A DNA stretch of 42,232 nt, taken from IMG/VR virus record IMGVR_UViG_3300044723_008778, positions 1 to 42,232 of that record. One strand, written 5' to 3'. The DNA is from a virus. Lineage: Duplodnaviria; Caudoviricetes. The position numbers and the translations under genes are program-made. The notes beneath the pieces are model-generated. The model made no database searches. It was not told the origin of the DNA and worked only from the letters and a program-made list of their open reading frames with translations. Positions within the stretch are counted from its first letter, which is position 1. The number at the start of each line of letters is the position of its first letter. Shown here in pieces: positions 28,572 to 36,696 of the stretch.

Positions 28572-29408
28572 TTACAACAAAAAAGAGGGGTAGAACTCCT
28601 CGTAGTACCATGCATACCGGTCCAAAAGCGTCCTTTGCACCTCTTCCGAGATAACGTGGCGCTTCAACTCTTTGATGCTGCTGAACGTCTCATGCGGCCA
28701 CTTCATGCCGTAGTGCGAGTCTGACTCCCTCTCGAACATCTGCAGTTCTTCCGGGTTGACATCATTCGGATCGGCACCGATGAACTCATGCACTCGTCGC
28801 ATAGTTTCTATCGGCTGAGACACGAGTGCTTCGTAGGCGACGTAGTAGACCCTAGCCTTGATCTGATCACCGACGTCTGCTCTGAAGTCCCTGATGGCCT
28901 TGATGGGATCACCTATGACGCCTCCCGTTCCGAAGAGCTGCGAGGCTCTCTCGTCTGAACTGTGGTGAGACATGCCGTCCCTGAAACCCAACAGAGCAGT
29001 CTTCCTGTGCGCCGACTCAACTGAGCCAAACAGCTGACCAAGTTCCCTGATGCAGACGATCATCTTGAAGTCAGGATCTATCTCGCTCAGAAACTCCACG
29101 GCCTTGAGCCAACCTCTGCTCTTGTCAACAACGATGCTCTTGTGCTCATCAGCATGAGAATCCAGCCACCCGCTGATCATACCCTTGTAAACTGCCGCTA
29201 GTCTAGCGTAGTTTTGATTGAACGCAGAGTCTAGCCTGGACAGAAACGAGTCATCTGCAGACAAGCCAACTCGCGTCCTCTCTAGCATGTTGAACAGCGG
29301 AGAAGTCATGCCGTCACAAGAGATGCTCGGATGTTGTGCCAAAAGCTGGCACAACAATGTAGAGCCAGACCTGGGCAATCCAGTGACGTATACTCTCTGC
29401 TTGCTCAT
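28572..29408 (-). CDS. Sulfotransferase family protein
   Basis: TGLPRSGSTLL (5'-PSB loop), VDKSR, IVCIRE...S, VAYEALV..P. Confidence 0.9.
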   Translation of the reverse strand: MSKQRVYVTGLPRSGSTLLCQLLAQHPSISCDGMTSPLFNMLERTRVGLSADDSFLSRLDSAFNQNYARLAAVYKGMISGWLDSHADEHKSIVVDKSRGWLKAVEFLSEIDPDFKMIVCIRELGQLFGSVESAHRKTALLGFRDGMSHHSSDERASQLFGTGGVIGDPIKAIRDFRADVGDQIKARVYYVAYEALVSQPIETMRRVHEFIGADPNDVNPEELQMFERESDSHYGMKWPHETFSSIKELKRHVISEEVQRTLLDRYAWYYEEFYPSFLL

Positions 29409-29414
29409 GGCGAA

Positions 29415-29441
29415 ATCGTACGCCAGGACACAAGAAGTAAA
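29415..29441 (-). promoter_or_regulatory. Possible sigma70-type promoter TTTACT-N15-TACGAT, possibly giving a leaderless mRNA
   Basis: The -10-like hexamer ends 6 nt before the sulfotransferase ATG and no SD is visible; the spacer is short. Confidence 0.3.
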
Positions 29442-30122
29442 TCAGCTGCTAGAAATCTCGCGGGGCGTGCCATCCGGATGCGAGACGAAAACTGCACCTC
29501 TCACGCCATCCACGGCAGCCTTCGTCAGGACGCTTGCATTTCCCGAGTCGACGTAAGCTATCAGCTCATCGAGCTCCACCTCGAACTCTCGCAGGTTCTT
29601 CATGGAGTCATCGTAGTAGTGAAGCGTTTTCGGGTGTTCTTTGACAATCCAGTTCTTGATCTTGGAAGCCTTGTCTTCCGGCGCGTTGGAACCTAGGCCG
29701 ACGATGTTGCGGCTCGGGATGCCGATCCCATCGAAGCCCATGGAAATCGCGACCGAATCCAAGTAGCGCTCGATCGCTCCCTCCGATGCCGAACCTCGGG
29801 CCGTGAGGATGTAGACGATCGCGCTCGGATCCGCGGCCTTCTGCATGAAGAGCTTCACCATGTGGCTGATGGGCTCGGCATCTCGAACGGTGTTGAAGTC
29901 GCTAAAGTTGAACTCCTCGTTCCCCTGCAACTCGTAAGTGAGAAACTCCTCGGAGGAAAGCTCCTCGATGATGTCTGCATCGTCCGGCTGCTCTCGCGGA
30001 TCGTAGAGGCCCCTCGGGACCACGTAGACCAGGTTGCCCGTCTCTGCGAGCGTGTCATCGAAGTCGAAGACGTAGAGATCGACCTTCGGGTTTCTCGCTA
30101 TGTTCTCCCGAAGCCTCATCAT
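29442..30122 (-). CDS. HAD-superfamily phosphatase
   Basis: Start reassigned to MMRLRE (ATGA overlap with the fibre stop). VFDFDDTL (motif I), ILTARG (II), K (III), YYDDS (IV). Confidence 0.82.
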   Translation of the reverse strand: MMRLRENIARNPKVDLYVFDFDDTLAETGNLVYVVPRGLYDPREQPDDADIIEELSSEEFLTYELQGNEEFNFSDFNTVRDAEPISHMVKLFMQKAADPSAIVYILTARGSASEGAIERYLDSVAISMGFDGIGIPSRNIVGLGSNAPEDKASKIKNWIVKEHPKTLHYYDDSMKNLREFEVELDELIAYVDSGNASVLTKAAVDGVRGAVFVSHPDGTPREISSS

Positions 30123-31705
30123 GAGTTGATGATGTAGTTTCCGTCCGGGTTGAACCACAACAGCCCCTTGTTGGTGACGTTGTGCCCCACGATTCGAACG
30201 ATCTGGCCGGATCCTCCCGGCGGGCTGTCGATCACGTAGCCGTCCGAGCCTGTGGAGACGTGCATCGCAGCACCGATCGTGTAGGAACCAGTATTCGGCG
30301 TGGTAGGCAACTTGTAGAAACCGCGAAGCAGAATGCCTTTGTCAGTGACGTTGCCGGTATCGATCGCCATGCCAACAAGGCTTCCCGACATCGCGCTCGA
30401 AGCGTCGCCAGATGCCAGAGTCCAGCTGCCACCATTCGCCAGGTAGTAGACGAGGCCAGCAGTTACCGAACCACCGCCGATGTACATGATCTCGCCAGCA
30501 AATTCACCATCAGCAAAGTTGCCCACACCGGCATGCTTCTCGACGGTCGAGCCAGACATGACCAGCTTCGTCTCATTGGTGGAACCGGGCGCCTGGGTTC
30601 CGTCTGGGGCGAGCACTTTTCTCTGCGTCGTGATGTCACCGACGTCGCCACCAGAAGTCAGGTTGGACGCGATTCGAATGGCCTTGGCATCGTAAACGCC
30701 AGGCGTCTTGGAGCCAGCCTGGAAGCTGTTTGTGACGTCGTTGGTTCCTTCACCTATCTGGAAGCTGTTGTTGGCTGTTGCGTTGATGTCTCCTGCAGTC
30801 GCACGGCCTACAGCGAACGAGCCGCCACCAGACGCGTATACTTGGTAAGTTCCAGCCGTGAACCCTCTGGCAAAAGCTCCTGCGCCTGTGGCTTTTATCG
30901 TGCCCATGCCTTGAGCGAATGAACCGTAACCAGTCGCTTCTATGACACCGTAAGCGCTAACGCCCTGCGCGAAAGACCCGTTGCCGGTCGCAGCAAGCGC
31001 GCCACCAGGACCTGCGTATCCCTGTGCGAATGAGCCGACCGCTGATGCAGAAAGAGGCACACCGATCCCACCAGCTTGACCTTGAGCGAAAGATCCCAAG
31101 CCAGATGCAGTCAGCCCACCGCCGCCATCGTGTCCCTGCGCGAAAGTGCCCTTATTAGTCGCGTTGATGCCACCGTTGTTCGCTTGGCCCTGCGCGAAAG
31201 ATCCACCCACGCCTGTTGAAACTACGTTGCCTCCACCGGATGACAAGCCCTGAGCGAACGATGCCACTCCGGATGCCTTGATGTAAGAGCCGCCGATGCC
31301 GTATCCGTGCGCGAAGTTGCCTGGATTCGAACCTAGATAATCGTGAGCGAACGCCCGGATGCCAATAGCAGTCAGTCCACCGCCGCGGTTTACGCTGATG
31401 CCGCCTTCCGAAGAACCTGTGAGGATAGCCAACGAGCCCGTGAGCAGCAGCAGGCCTGTAGAGTCAGCCGAGCCAGTGGAGACGAATGTCAAGTTGGTCG
31501 ACCCGGCGAAAGCCCCGTTCGAGTTGAACTGAACGTGCGTGTCGGACCCGCCCGGTGACCCGCCGCCAGCTGCTGAGATCGTGATCTGCCCACCAGACCC
31601 GGTTGCGATGGTCACGTTGGAGCCAGCGACTAGGTAAGACGTGTCTGCCGTGGTGCGCTCGATCGATCCGGAGATCGCTGTTGACTTGAAGGGAACTGAT
31701 GCCAT
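30119..31705 (-). CDS. Tail fibre / adhesin-like virion protein with Gly-rich beta-repeat
   Basis: GGSDTHVQFNSNGAFAGS fibre-linker motif and about 12 SFAQG-type repeats resembling YadA-head beta-rolls. Confidence 0.75.
   Translation of the reverse strand: MASVPFKSTAISGSIERTTADTSYLVAGSNVTIATGSGGQITISAAGGGSPGGSDTHVQFNSNGAFAGSTNLTFVSTGSADSTGLLLLTGSLAILTGSSEGGISVNRGGGLTAIGIRAFAHDYLGSNPGNFAHGYGIGGSYIKASGVASFAQGLSSGGGNVVSTGVGGSFAQGQANNGGINATNKGTFAQGHDGGGGLTASGLGSFAQGQAGGIGVPLSASAVGSFAQGYAGPGGALAATGNGSFAQGVSAYGVIEATGYGSFAQGMGTIKATGAGAFARGFTAGTYQVYASGGGSFAVGRATAGDINATANNSFQIGEGTNDVTNSFQAGSKTPGVYDAKAIRIASNLTSGGDVGDITTQRKVLAPDGTQAPGSTNETKLVMSGSTVEKHAGVGNFADGEFAGEIMYIGGGSVTAGLVYYLANGGSWTLASGDASSAMSGSLVGMAIDTGNVTDKGILLRGFYKLPTTPNTGSYTIGAAMHVSTGSDGYVIDSPPGGSGQIVRIVGHNVTNKGLLWFNPDGNYIINS
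30713..31320 (-). repeat. Coding repeat: about 12 degenerate units of 14-21 aa, core A-[ST]-G-x-G-S-F-A-Q-G
   Basis: NFAHG, ASFAQG, GSFAQG x5, GTFAQG, GAFARG, GSFAVG, NSFQIG, NSFQAG in the translation. Confidence 0.85.
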
Positions 31706-31715
31706 CTAACTCACC

Positions 31716-32039
31716 TCAGGGAGACTGGATCGCGTGGATCTCCACAGTGCCAGTGAAGGCTGCGGAAGCGTTGATCGTGACCGAGCTCGTGGAGACGGCT
31801 GAGATGTAGACGTTCACGTTGTCGTCCTTGGCCGTGGCCGTCACCTTGGGTGCGCTCGAGAAAGACGTAGTGAAGTTGTAGGTCTCTTGATCTGTGCCTG
31901 AGAATGAAACGCTTGCGACTTCGTAGATCACGTTGCTACCCGCTTGCTCTGTGTCATACTGGTACTTGTAGACTGGGACGCGTCGGATGAACGGATAGGT
32001 TTTTCTCGTCCTGTTGACGTCAACTCTTTTCACTGCCAC
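31716..32039 (-). CDS. Small virion protein, H-type lectin/fibre-tip-like beta-sandwich
   Basis: YNFTTSFSSAPKVTAT...VSTSSVTI pattern; directly upstream of the fibre gene; SD AGGAG. Confidence 0.55.
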   Translation of the reverse strand: MAVKRVDVNRTRKTYPFIRRVPVYKYQYDTEQAGSNVIYEVASVSFSGTDQETYNFTTSFSSAPKVTATAKDDNVNVYISAVSTSSVTINASAAFTGTVEIHAIQSP

Positions 32040-32066
32040 CGACCGTCTCCTGTCTAGTTCTCACAC

Positions 32067-32074
32067 TAAGTATG
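32067..32074 (-). promoter_or_regulatory. Candidate late promoter motif CATACTTA upstream of the fibre genes
   Basis: Intergenic, 27 nt upstream of GTG 32039. Confidence 0.65.
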
Positions 32075-32076
32075 GA

Positions 32077-33417
32077 TCAGAGCAGCTTGTTGGCCTCGTT
32101 AGCGAGTTCGGATCTGCGACCGCGATTCAGGTGGATGTGGCCCGATAGAGGCGAGTTCCTGAACCTGTCGATGACGATGCTCAAGCCGTTGGAGTACCTA
32201 TCGATGTAAGGCGTGTCGATCTGATCAATGTCGCCCATCAGGACTAGCTTGCTGCCCTCTCCGACTCTCGTGATGATCGTCTTGAGCTCGTGAATGGTCG
32301 CGTTCTGAGCCTCATCAACGATGATGAAAGACTTAGGGAAGGTCCTGCCACGAATGAACGACAGAGGAGCAACATCTATCTGGCCCTTGTTTCTCATCGC
32401 CTCGAAATACGCCATGTCCTTGAACGCGTGCCTGAAGTTATCGGCGATCGGGCCGAGCCACGGTGCCATCTTGTCGTCTATGTCACCAGGCAAGAAGCCG
32501 ATCTCCTTGCCGACTGTCTGCATGCTTCTCGTGAACACGATCCTGTCGTACACGCCATTCACGACTTGGTCGATGCCAACCAGGAGAGACATGAAAGTCT
32601 TGCCAGAGCCTGGTGCTCCCGTCATCGTCAGCAGCGGTATGTTCTTATCCATCAAGAGCTCTAGGGCGTACATCTGCTCCTTGTCGTAAGGCTTGATTCC
32701 GCTCTTCTGAACATCATCCTCTCTGATGTTGATCAGCTTGTGGCTGTCGCTAGATGTTCGGCAGATAGCAGACGCGTTGCCAGACTTGACGATCACTAGT
32801 TGATTAGGTGCCAGTTCACCCCTGAGCTCTTCTGGGGTGTCCGTCTCGCCGAATGCGTAGACATTCCCAATATCGATACCATCGTGTTCTACAGTGGTCT
32901 GGCCAACCCACACAACACTCTCAGCATCGAACTTATCCACATTGATGTGGTCCTTGTAGTAGTCCTCGGCCACAACTCCCAACGCATCGCACTTGACTCG
33001 CAAGTTGATGTCCTTGGTGATGAGCCTGATGTCTCTGCCTTGATTATCTGGCTCATTCTTGATCTGAATGGCGCTCAAGAGGATCCTGTTGTCAGGAACT
33101 TCGGCATCAAACAGGATTTCCTCATCAACCATCCGGATGGTCTCACGGTTCAGAGACACGACGCGGTAGAACGTGTCGTGTTCCTCGCAGTAGACGCCAT
33201 CAGACAAGAGAGTCCCTAGTTTCCTGAGCCCGTCTAGGAACCTGTTGACATACCTCGCAGACTCGCCCAAGATGCCGCTAGCCTCCTTGAACTTGTCTAG
33301 CTCATCTAGCACTTGCATAGAGAGGTAGATGTCGTTACCCTTGAAGCTATGGATGGCTTCCTTGTCGTACAAGAGGACACTAGTATCCACGAAGAAGAGC
33401 TTTCGATTCCGATTCAT
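32077..33417 (-). CDS. phoH: PhoH-family ATPase with N-terminal PIN domain (PhoH2/YlaK-like)
   Basis: VDTSVLL, VLDELDKFK, DNRIL, TKDINLRVK (PIN); GAPGSGKT, GFLPG, RGRT, DEAQN, GDIDQID (PhoH). Confidence 0.93.
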   Translation of the reverse strand: MNRNRKLFFVDTSVLLYDKEAIHSFKGNDIYLSMQVLDELDKFKEASGILGESARYVNRFLDGLRKLGTLLSDGVYCEEHDTFYRVVSLNRETIRMVDEEILFDAEVPDNRILLSAIQIKNEPDNQGRDIRLITKDINLRVKCDALGVVAEDYYKDHINVDKFDAESVVWVGQTTVEHDGIDIGNVYAFGETDTPEELRGELAPNQLVIVKSGNASAICRTSSDSHKLINIREDDVQKSGIKPYDKEQMYALELLMDKNIPLLTMTGAPGSGKTFMSLLVGIDQVVNGVYDRIVFTRSMQTVGKEIGFLPGDIDDKMAPWLGPIADNFRHAFKDMAYFEAMRNKGQIDVAPLSFIRGRTFPKSFIIVDEAQNATIHELKTIITRVGEGSKLVLMGDIDQIDTPYIDRYSNGLSIVIDRFRNSPLSGHIHLNRGRRSELANEANKLL

Positions 33418-33469
33418 GTAAACACTCCGAAAGTTGGTTTCAATATACTCAATTCAGGAGCAAATGGCA

Positions 33470-33748
33470 ATGAGCATCAGACAAAAGAGAGAAGAGACGT
33501 GTTTCGAACGACTGGCATCCATGGGATGCAATGCTAACTGTGGCAACCGCAAGTGCAGCTTCCACGCGAAGAGCATGGAAAAGAACTGTGCCATCCTGGA
33601 AGCTGATGGCGATAGGCTCACTTTGAGGTCCATTGGTGATATTTTCGGTCTCTCTAGAATGAGAATTTGCCAGATCGAGAAGTCGATCATAGCAAGGCTC
33701 AAAGAGGAAGTACTTCCTGACCTTCAGGAAACATGTGACCTAGAGTGA
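33470..33748 (+). CDS. Standalone sigma70 region-4 HTH protein with Cys-rich N-terminus
   Basis: LTLRSIGDIFGLSRMRICQIEKSII matches region 4.2 (TLEEVG..F.VTRERIRQIE.KA). SD AGGAG lies 9 nt before ATG 33470 and TATACT is at 33444-33449. Confidence 0.8.
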   Translation: MSIRQKREETCFERLASMGCNANCGNRKCSFHAKSMEKNCAILEADGDRLTLRSIGDIFGLSRMRICQIEKSIIARLKEEVLPDLQETCDLE

Positions 33749-34082
33749 TCATGACTGTGTTCCACACAATCACGAATCCGTAGATCCCGACGATGATGGG
33801 CCACGTTCTCTTGAGCGGTACTTTGCCATCTTTCAGCCACTTGATGTAGGCTGCAGTCAGAGCCAACTGCATGCCTGCTATCTTGACCATCGCAAAGTAC
33901 ACGATGCCAGCATCGATAACGGCAGCCATCAGAGGGTTCACTTCTTCCGCAGTTCCTGACAGGATCGCGTAGGAAGTCAAGCAGAGGTCGATGAGATTAG
34001 CGACGAGCAGGAACACGAACGTCTTCCTTCTGGGGAAGGTGTTCCATCTCTCAATCTCTCTCTGGGTGCTGAAATTCAACAT
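33699..34082 (-). CDS. DUF5658-like membrane protein
   Basis: ANLIDLCLT...EEVNPLM...K pattern with three hydrophobic helices; alternative GTG start at 34091. Confidence 0.7.
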   Translation of the reverse strand: MLNFSTQREIERWNTFPRRKTFVFLLVANLIDLCLTSYAILSGTAEEVNPLMAAVIDAGIVYFAMVKIAGMQLALTAAYIKWLKDGKVPLKRTWPIIVGIYGFVIVWNTVMITLGHMFPEGQEVLPL

Positions 34083-34109
34083 AGCTGCCACTGGGTCAAT
34101 GGACAGCTA

Positions 34110-34117
34110 TAAATATG
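34110..34117 (-). promoter_or_regulatory. Candidate late promoter motif variant CATATTTA
   Basis: Immediately downstream of a terminator hairpin and upstream of the DUF5658-like gene. Confidence 0.5.
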
Positions 34118-34121
34118 CGAA

Positions 34122-34145
34122 GGGGGTCGTCCGAAGACGACCCCC
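34122..34145 (-). terminator. Hairpin (10-bp perfect stem, cUUCGg loop), probable intrinsic terminator after the Hc1-like gene
   Basis: GGGGGTCGTC-TTCG-GACGACCCCC; the U-tract is weak (TTCGCATATTT). Confidence 0.75.
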
Positions 34146-34172
34146 ACTAAATTTGTTGGCTTGCTATGCGTT

Positions 34173-34382
34173 CTAGGCTTCTTTACCGAACGCGTTCGAT
34201 GCCTTGACAATATCACCAATCTGGTTCTTGGCAGCTCTCAGCGCTTTGCGAGCTCGAACACCAGCTGACTTGTTGCCTTTCACGGTCTGAGCAGTGAGTT
34301 CCTTCTGCGCAATCTCAAGCAGGGTCTGCGCTTCGGTCAGGTCAGTCAACAGTGCATTCGTTTCCACGGTCTCTTCAGTCAT
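34173..34382 (-). CDS. Histone H1-like (Hc1-family) small protein
   Basis: KGNKSAGVRARKAL matches the Hc1 core GNK(A/S)AG.RARK. Confidence 0.75.
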   Translation of the reverse strand: MTEETVETNALLTDLTEAQTLLEIAQKELTAQTVKGNKSAGVRARKALRAAKNQIGDIVKASNAFGKEA

Positions 34383-34383
34383 T

Positions 34384-34647
34384 TCACACCTCCAGTTTTG
34401 GTTTCGACTGTTCTTCCATTGCCTTGCGATAGGTCTCTTTGCCCATCTCTTTGAGTTCAGCCATGCTAGATCCTCTACTAGCCAGCTCTCTCATCTCTCT
34501 CATCAGTTCAATATCGGTGAGATCCAGTGCCAACTGCTCCACGATCATGCAGATGATGTTGTCGTTGACTCCGAAGTTCCTGATCTCCATCACTATGTCT
34601 TTTGCTGCTCTGATCTCTTTGATGGTAGCAGCCTTGATGTCTTTCAT
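34384..34647 (-). CDS. Hypothetical protein
   Basis: 87 aa; translationally coupled, SD GGAGG. Confidence 0.6.
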   Translation of the reverse strand: MKDIKAATIKEIRAAKDIVMEIRNFGVNDNIICMIVEQLALDLTDIELMREMRELASRGSSMAELKEMGKETYRKAMEEQSKPKLEV

Positions 34648-35126
34648 CTGTCGCCTCCAACATAGATGTCCGTGACGAATGTTTCAAGCTTTACGGTTCC
34701 GTTCTCGGTGATCCTCATGATCTTGCCTTTGACTGTACCAGACTCTTGATCCTCTTCTCTGGACAACACGATGCTGGTATCAAACTGCCTGTTCTCCACA
34801 ACGAACAAGCACAGTTCCCATGTCGCCAAGTCGGCATCGTAAGAAGTCAGGACGTCAGAGACGGCACTTGGCAGCATGAACTTCATGTCATCCGTGCTCA
34901 GAACGCTGGCCTTGGATTCCTCGTTGCCAACCATGACGTCCGACTTGCAGATGTCGAAAACTCGATGAAGCACACCGCAGTTGTTGCACTGAGCGATCTT
35001 CTCTAGCACTGTATCGCTATCGTCGATGATCGAGAACACCACGAACTTGTGGTAGACGACCTCTTCTCTCTTGCGATACTGCGGCAGAGTGCAGTGGCAC
35101 TCGATGAGGTGCTTGATGCCTTGCAT
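34644..35126 (-). CDS. Hypothetical protein, probable Zn-binding
   Basis: Start reassigned to MQGIK; HLIECHC and QCNNCGVLH...C. Confidence 0.65.
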   Translation of the reverse strand: MQGIKHLIECHCTLPQYRKREEVVYHKFVVFSIIDDSDTVLEKIAQCNNCGVLHRVFDICKSDVMVGNEESKASVLSTDDMKFMLPSAVSDVLTSYDADLATWELCLFVVENRQFDTSIVLSREEDQESGTVKGKIMRITENGTVKLETFVTDIYVGGDR

Positions 35127-35127
35127 C

Positions 35128-35505
35128 TTACGCCGTGATTCTGCCGATCGCTGAGGTGACCTGGGAGTCGATAGCATGCTCGATCATGAGCTTAGCCTTG
35201 ACTTGAACGGTTCTGATCTGCTGCGCATTCGCTTCAATGCCTGCTTCGCCCATTGCAGTCGTAGACATTGAATCCACAAGAGCGTTGATGCAAGCAGTTT
35301 TCAGCGCTTCCCTCGTGTTGTAGAGCTCGTTAGCCACCACCTTGGGATCGATGCCAACGGCAGTCACTTCAGCTGGAGCACTTTCAACGGCGGTCTTCAC
35401 AGTCTTCTTTCTTGTAGCCAATTTCTTCCTCGTTTTTCTGAGCCAAGAGTCTCTTCTGACTTTCGAGATGAGCACTGCTAGCTTTAGTTTGAGCCAAGCG
35501 ATCAT
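35128..35505 (-). CDS. Hypothetical protein with basic N-terminus
   Basis: 125 aa; ATGA overlap with the upstream gene. Confidence 0.55.
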   Translation of the reverse strand: MIAWLKLKLAVLISKVRRDSWLRKTRKKLATRKKTVKTAVESAPAEVTAVGIDPKVVANELYNTREALKTACINALVDSMSTTAMGEAGIEANAQQIRTVQVKAKLMIEHAIDSQVTSAIGRITA

Positions 35506-36695
35506 CTTTTCAACACCAATCCGATGTTGCTGACGTTGTCCATGGTTGACCTCACGAACTCTGCAGCTCTCATAAAACTATCGACAGGCATGCTGTGTAA
35601 ACCGTTGCTGGCCAAAATGTGCGCCTCAGACAGCATTGATGACCATAGCGACAGCATGCAGCTGAGCTCGTCCATGAGGCTAGAGCTAGATCCCTTGCTC
35701 ACTTTGGGCAACACGACTTGAAGCTTGGCAGAGTTGAGCTTGTTTAGCCTGGCTCTAACGTGCTGGGCAGCCATCGTGTCTGAGAGAGAAGACAGCTCTT
35801 CTTGAACTCGATCCCGGTGTGCTCTTATGGAATCCGCGCTTGCAGCGCACTTGATCGCCCCTAGAGGTGATACCATCACACCGCTCAAGTTTCCTAGCCC
35901 ATTGGGACTGAACTCCTCTGGTAGCTCCTGGTAGTCCACAGACGATGATATGCCACCTAGGTCAGCGATAGAGAAGACTTGCGCCTCCTTCTGCAAGTCG
36001 GCTTTGCACAGCAGCACTTTTAGCTTGCCGACCGCGTTGTTGTGCTCGACAGTCTGGATCACCTCTTGCGAGAAGCTAGTTGCCGCTACCAAGATCGGCT
36101 GACTTGACTCACCTGCCCAAGTGAACACCTTGTGCAGCCTTCTGACCTTGTCCACATGCCCGTTGAAACACAGCACTGCGACGTTATCGGCCTGCCTCCA
36201 CGGAAGCCTTTGGGACAGATCGAACGACAACACGACCTCGTTGCTGAGCTTGAAAACTGGCTGCACAAGTCCGGCCCTCTCATCGAGCTCAATGCTGACA
36301 CCTGCCCCGCTCTCTGCCACTATCCTCTTGAAGATCCCGTAGGACTCGCTGTTCGATCCTATGCCGCACGAAGAGATGATCGCATTGAAAGTTGCTATCA
36401 GTTTGTCTTTCACTGGGATCGATGCAGCCCTCTCTTCGATGACCTCATCTAACAGCTCTGTTCTGCCGTCCTTGATGAACTGCACGATGGAGTAGGCGGC
36501 AGGATCCTTCTTGAGAAGCTCGTGCTCTTGCAGGCTGACGATGCCGTTGATCTCTCGGGCTGCAGAAGATAACCCTTGGGAGACATCGTCGTGCTGCACA
36601 GCTTTGCCTATGCCAAATACGGAAGCGCTGAGCCTCTTTGGGTTACCGTAGAGGCTCAGCACGCTTTGTCTATCAGATTCTTTGACTGGTATCAT
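35502..36695 (-). CDS. Highly divergent chaperonin (GroEL/Cpn60-like) protein
   Basis: Start reassigned to MIPVKE. VLCFNGHVDKVRRLHKVF...QPILVAATSFSQEVIQTVEHNNAVGKLKVLLCKA aligns by eye to the GroEL apical domain, and VRARLNKL to LQERVAKL; no GDGTTT. Confidence 0.6.
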   Translation of the reverse strand: MIPVKESDRQSVLSLYGNPKRLSASVFGIGKAVQHDDVSQGLSSAAREINGIVSLQEHELLKKDPAAYSIVQFIKDGRTELLDEVIEERAASIPVKDKLIATFNAIISSCGIGSNSESYGIFKRIVAESGAGVSIELDERAGLVQPVFKLSNEVVLSFDLSQRLPWRQADNVAVLCFNGHVDKVRRLHKVFTWAGESSQPILVAATSFSQEVIQTVEHNNAVGKLKVLLCKADLQKEAQVFSIADLGGISSSVDYQELPEEFSPNGLGNLSGVMVSPLGAIKCAASADSIRAHRDRVQEELSSLSDTMAAQHVRARLNKLNSAKLQVVLPKVSKGSSSSLMDELSCMLSLWSSMLSEAHILASNGLHSMPVDSFMRAAEFVRSTMDNVSNIGLVLKR

Positions 36696-36696
36696 C

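Noticed and set aside
12402-29408. Bacterial O-antigen/capsule locus or prophage serotype-conversion cassette
   Set aside because: There is no wzx/wzy/wzz/ABC transporter, initiating transferase or gtrAB. The locus is interleaved with phage sigma, Cas4-like and baseplate genes and shares the phage intergenic motif.
34108-34115. T4 late promoter TATAAATA on the plus strand
   Set aside because: It points away from any convincing plus-strand gene and is better explained as the reverse complement of the minus-strand CATATTTA(TA) motif.
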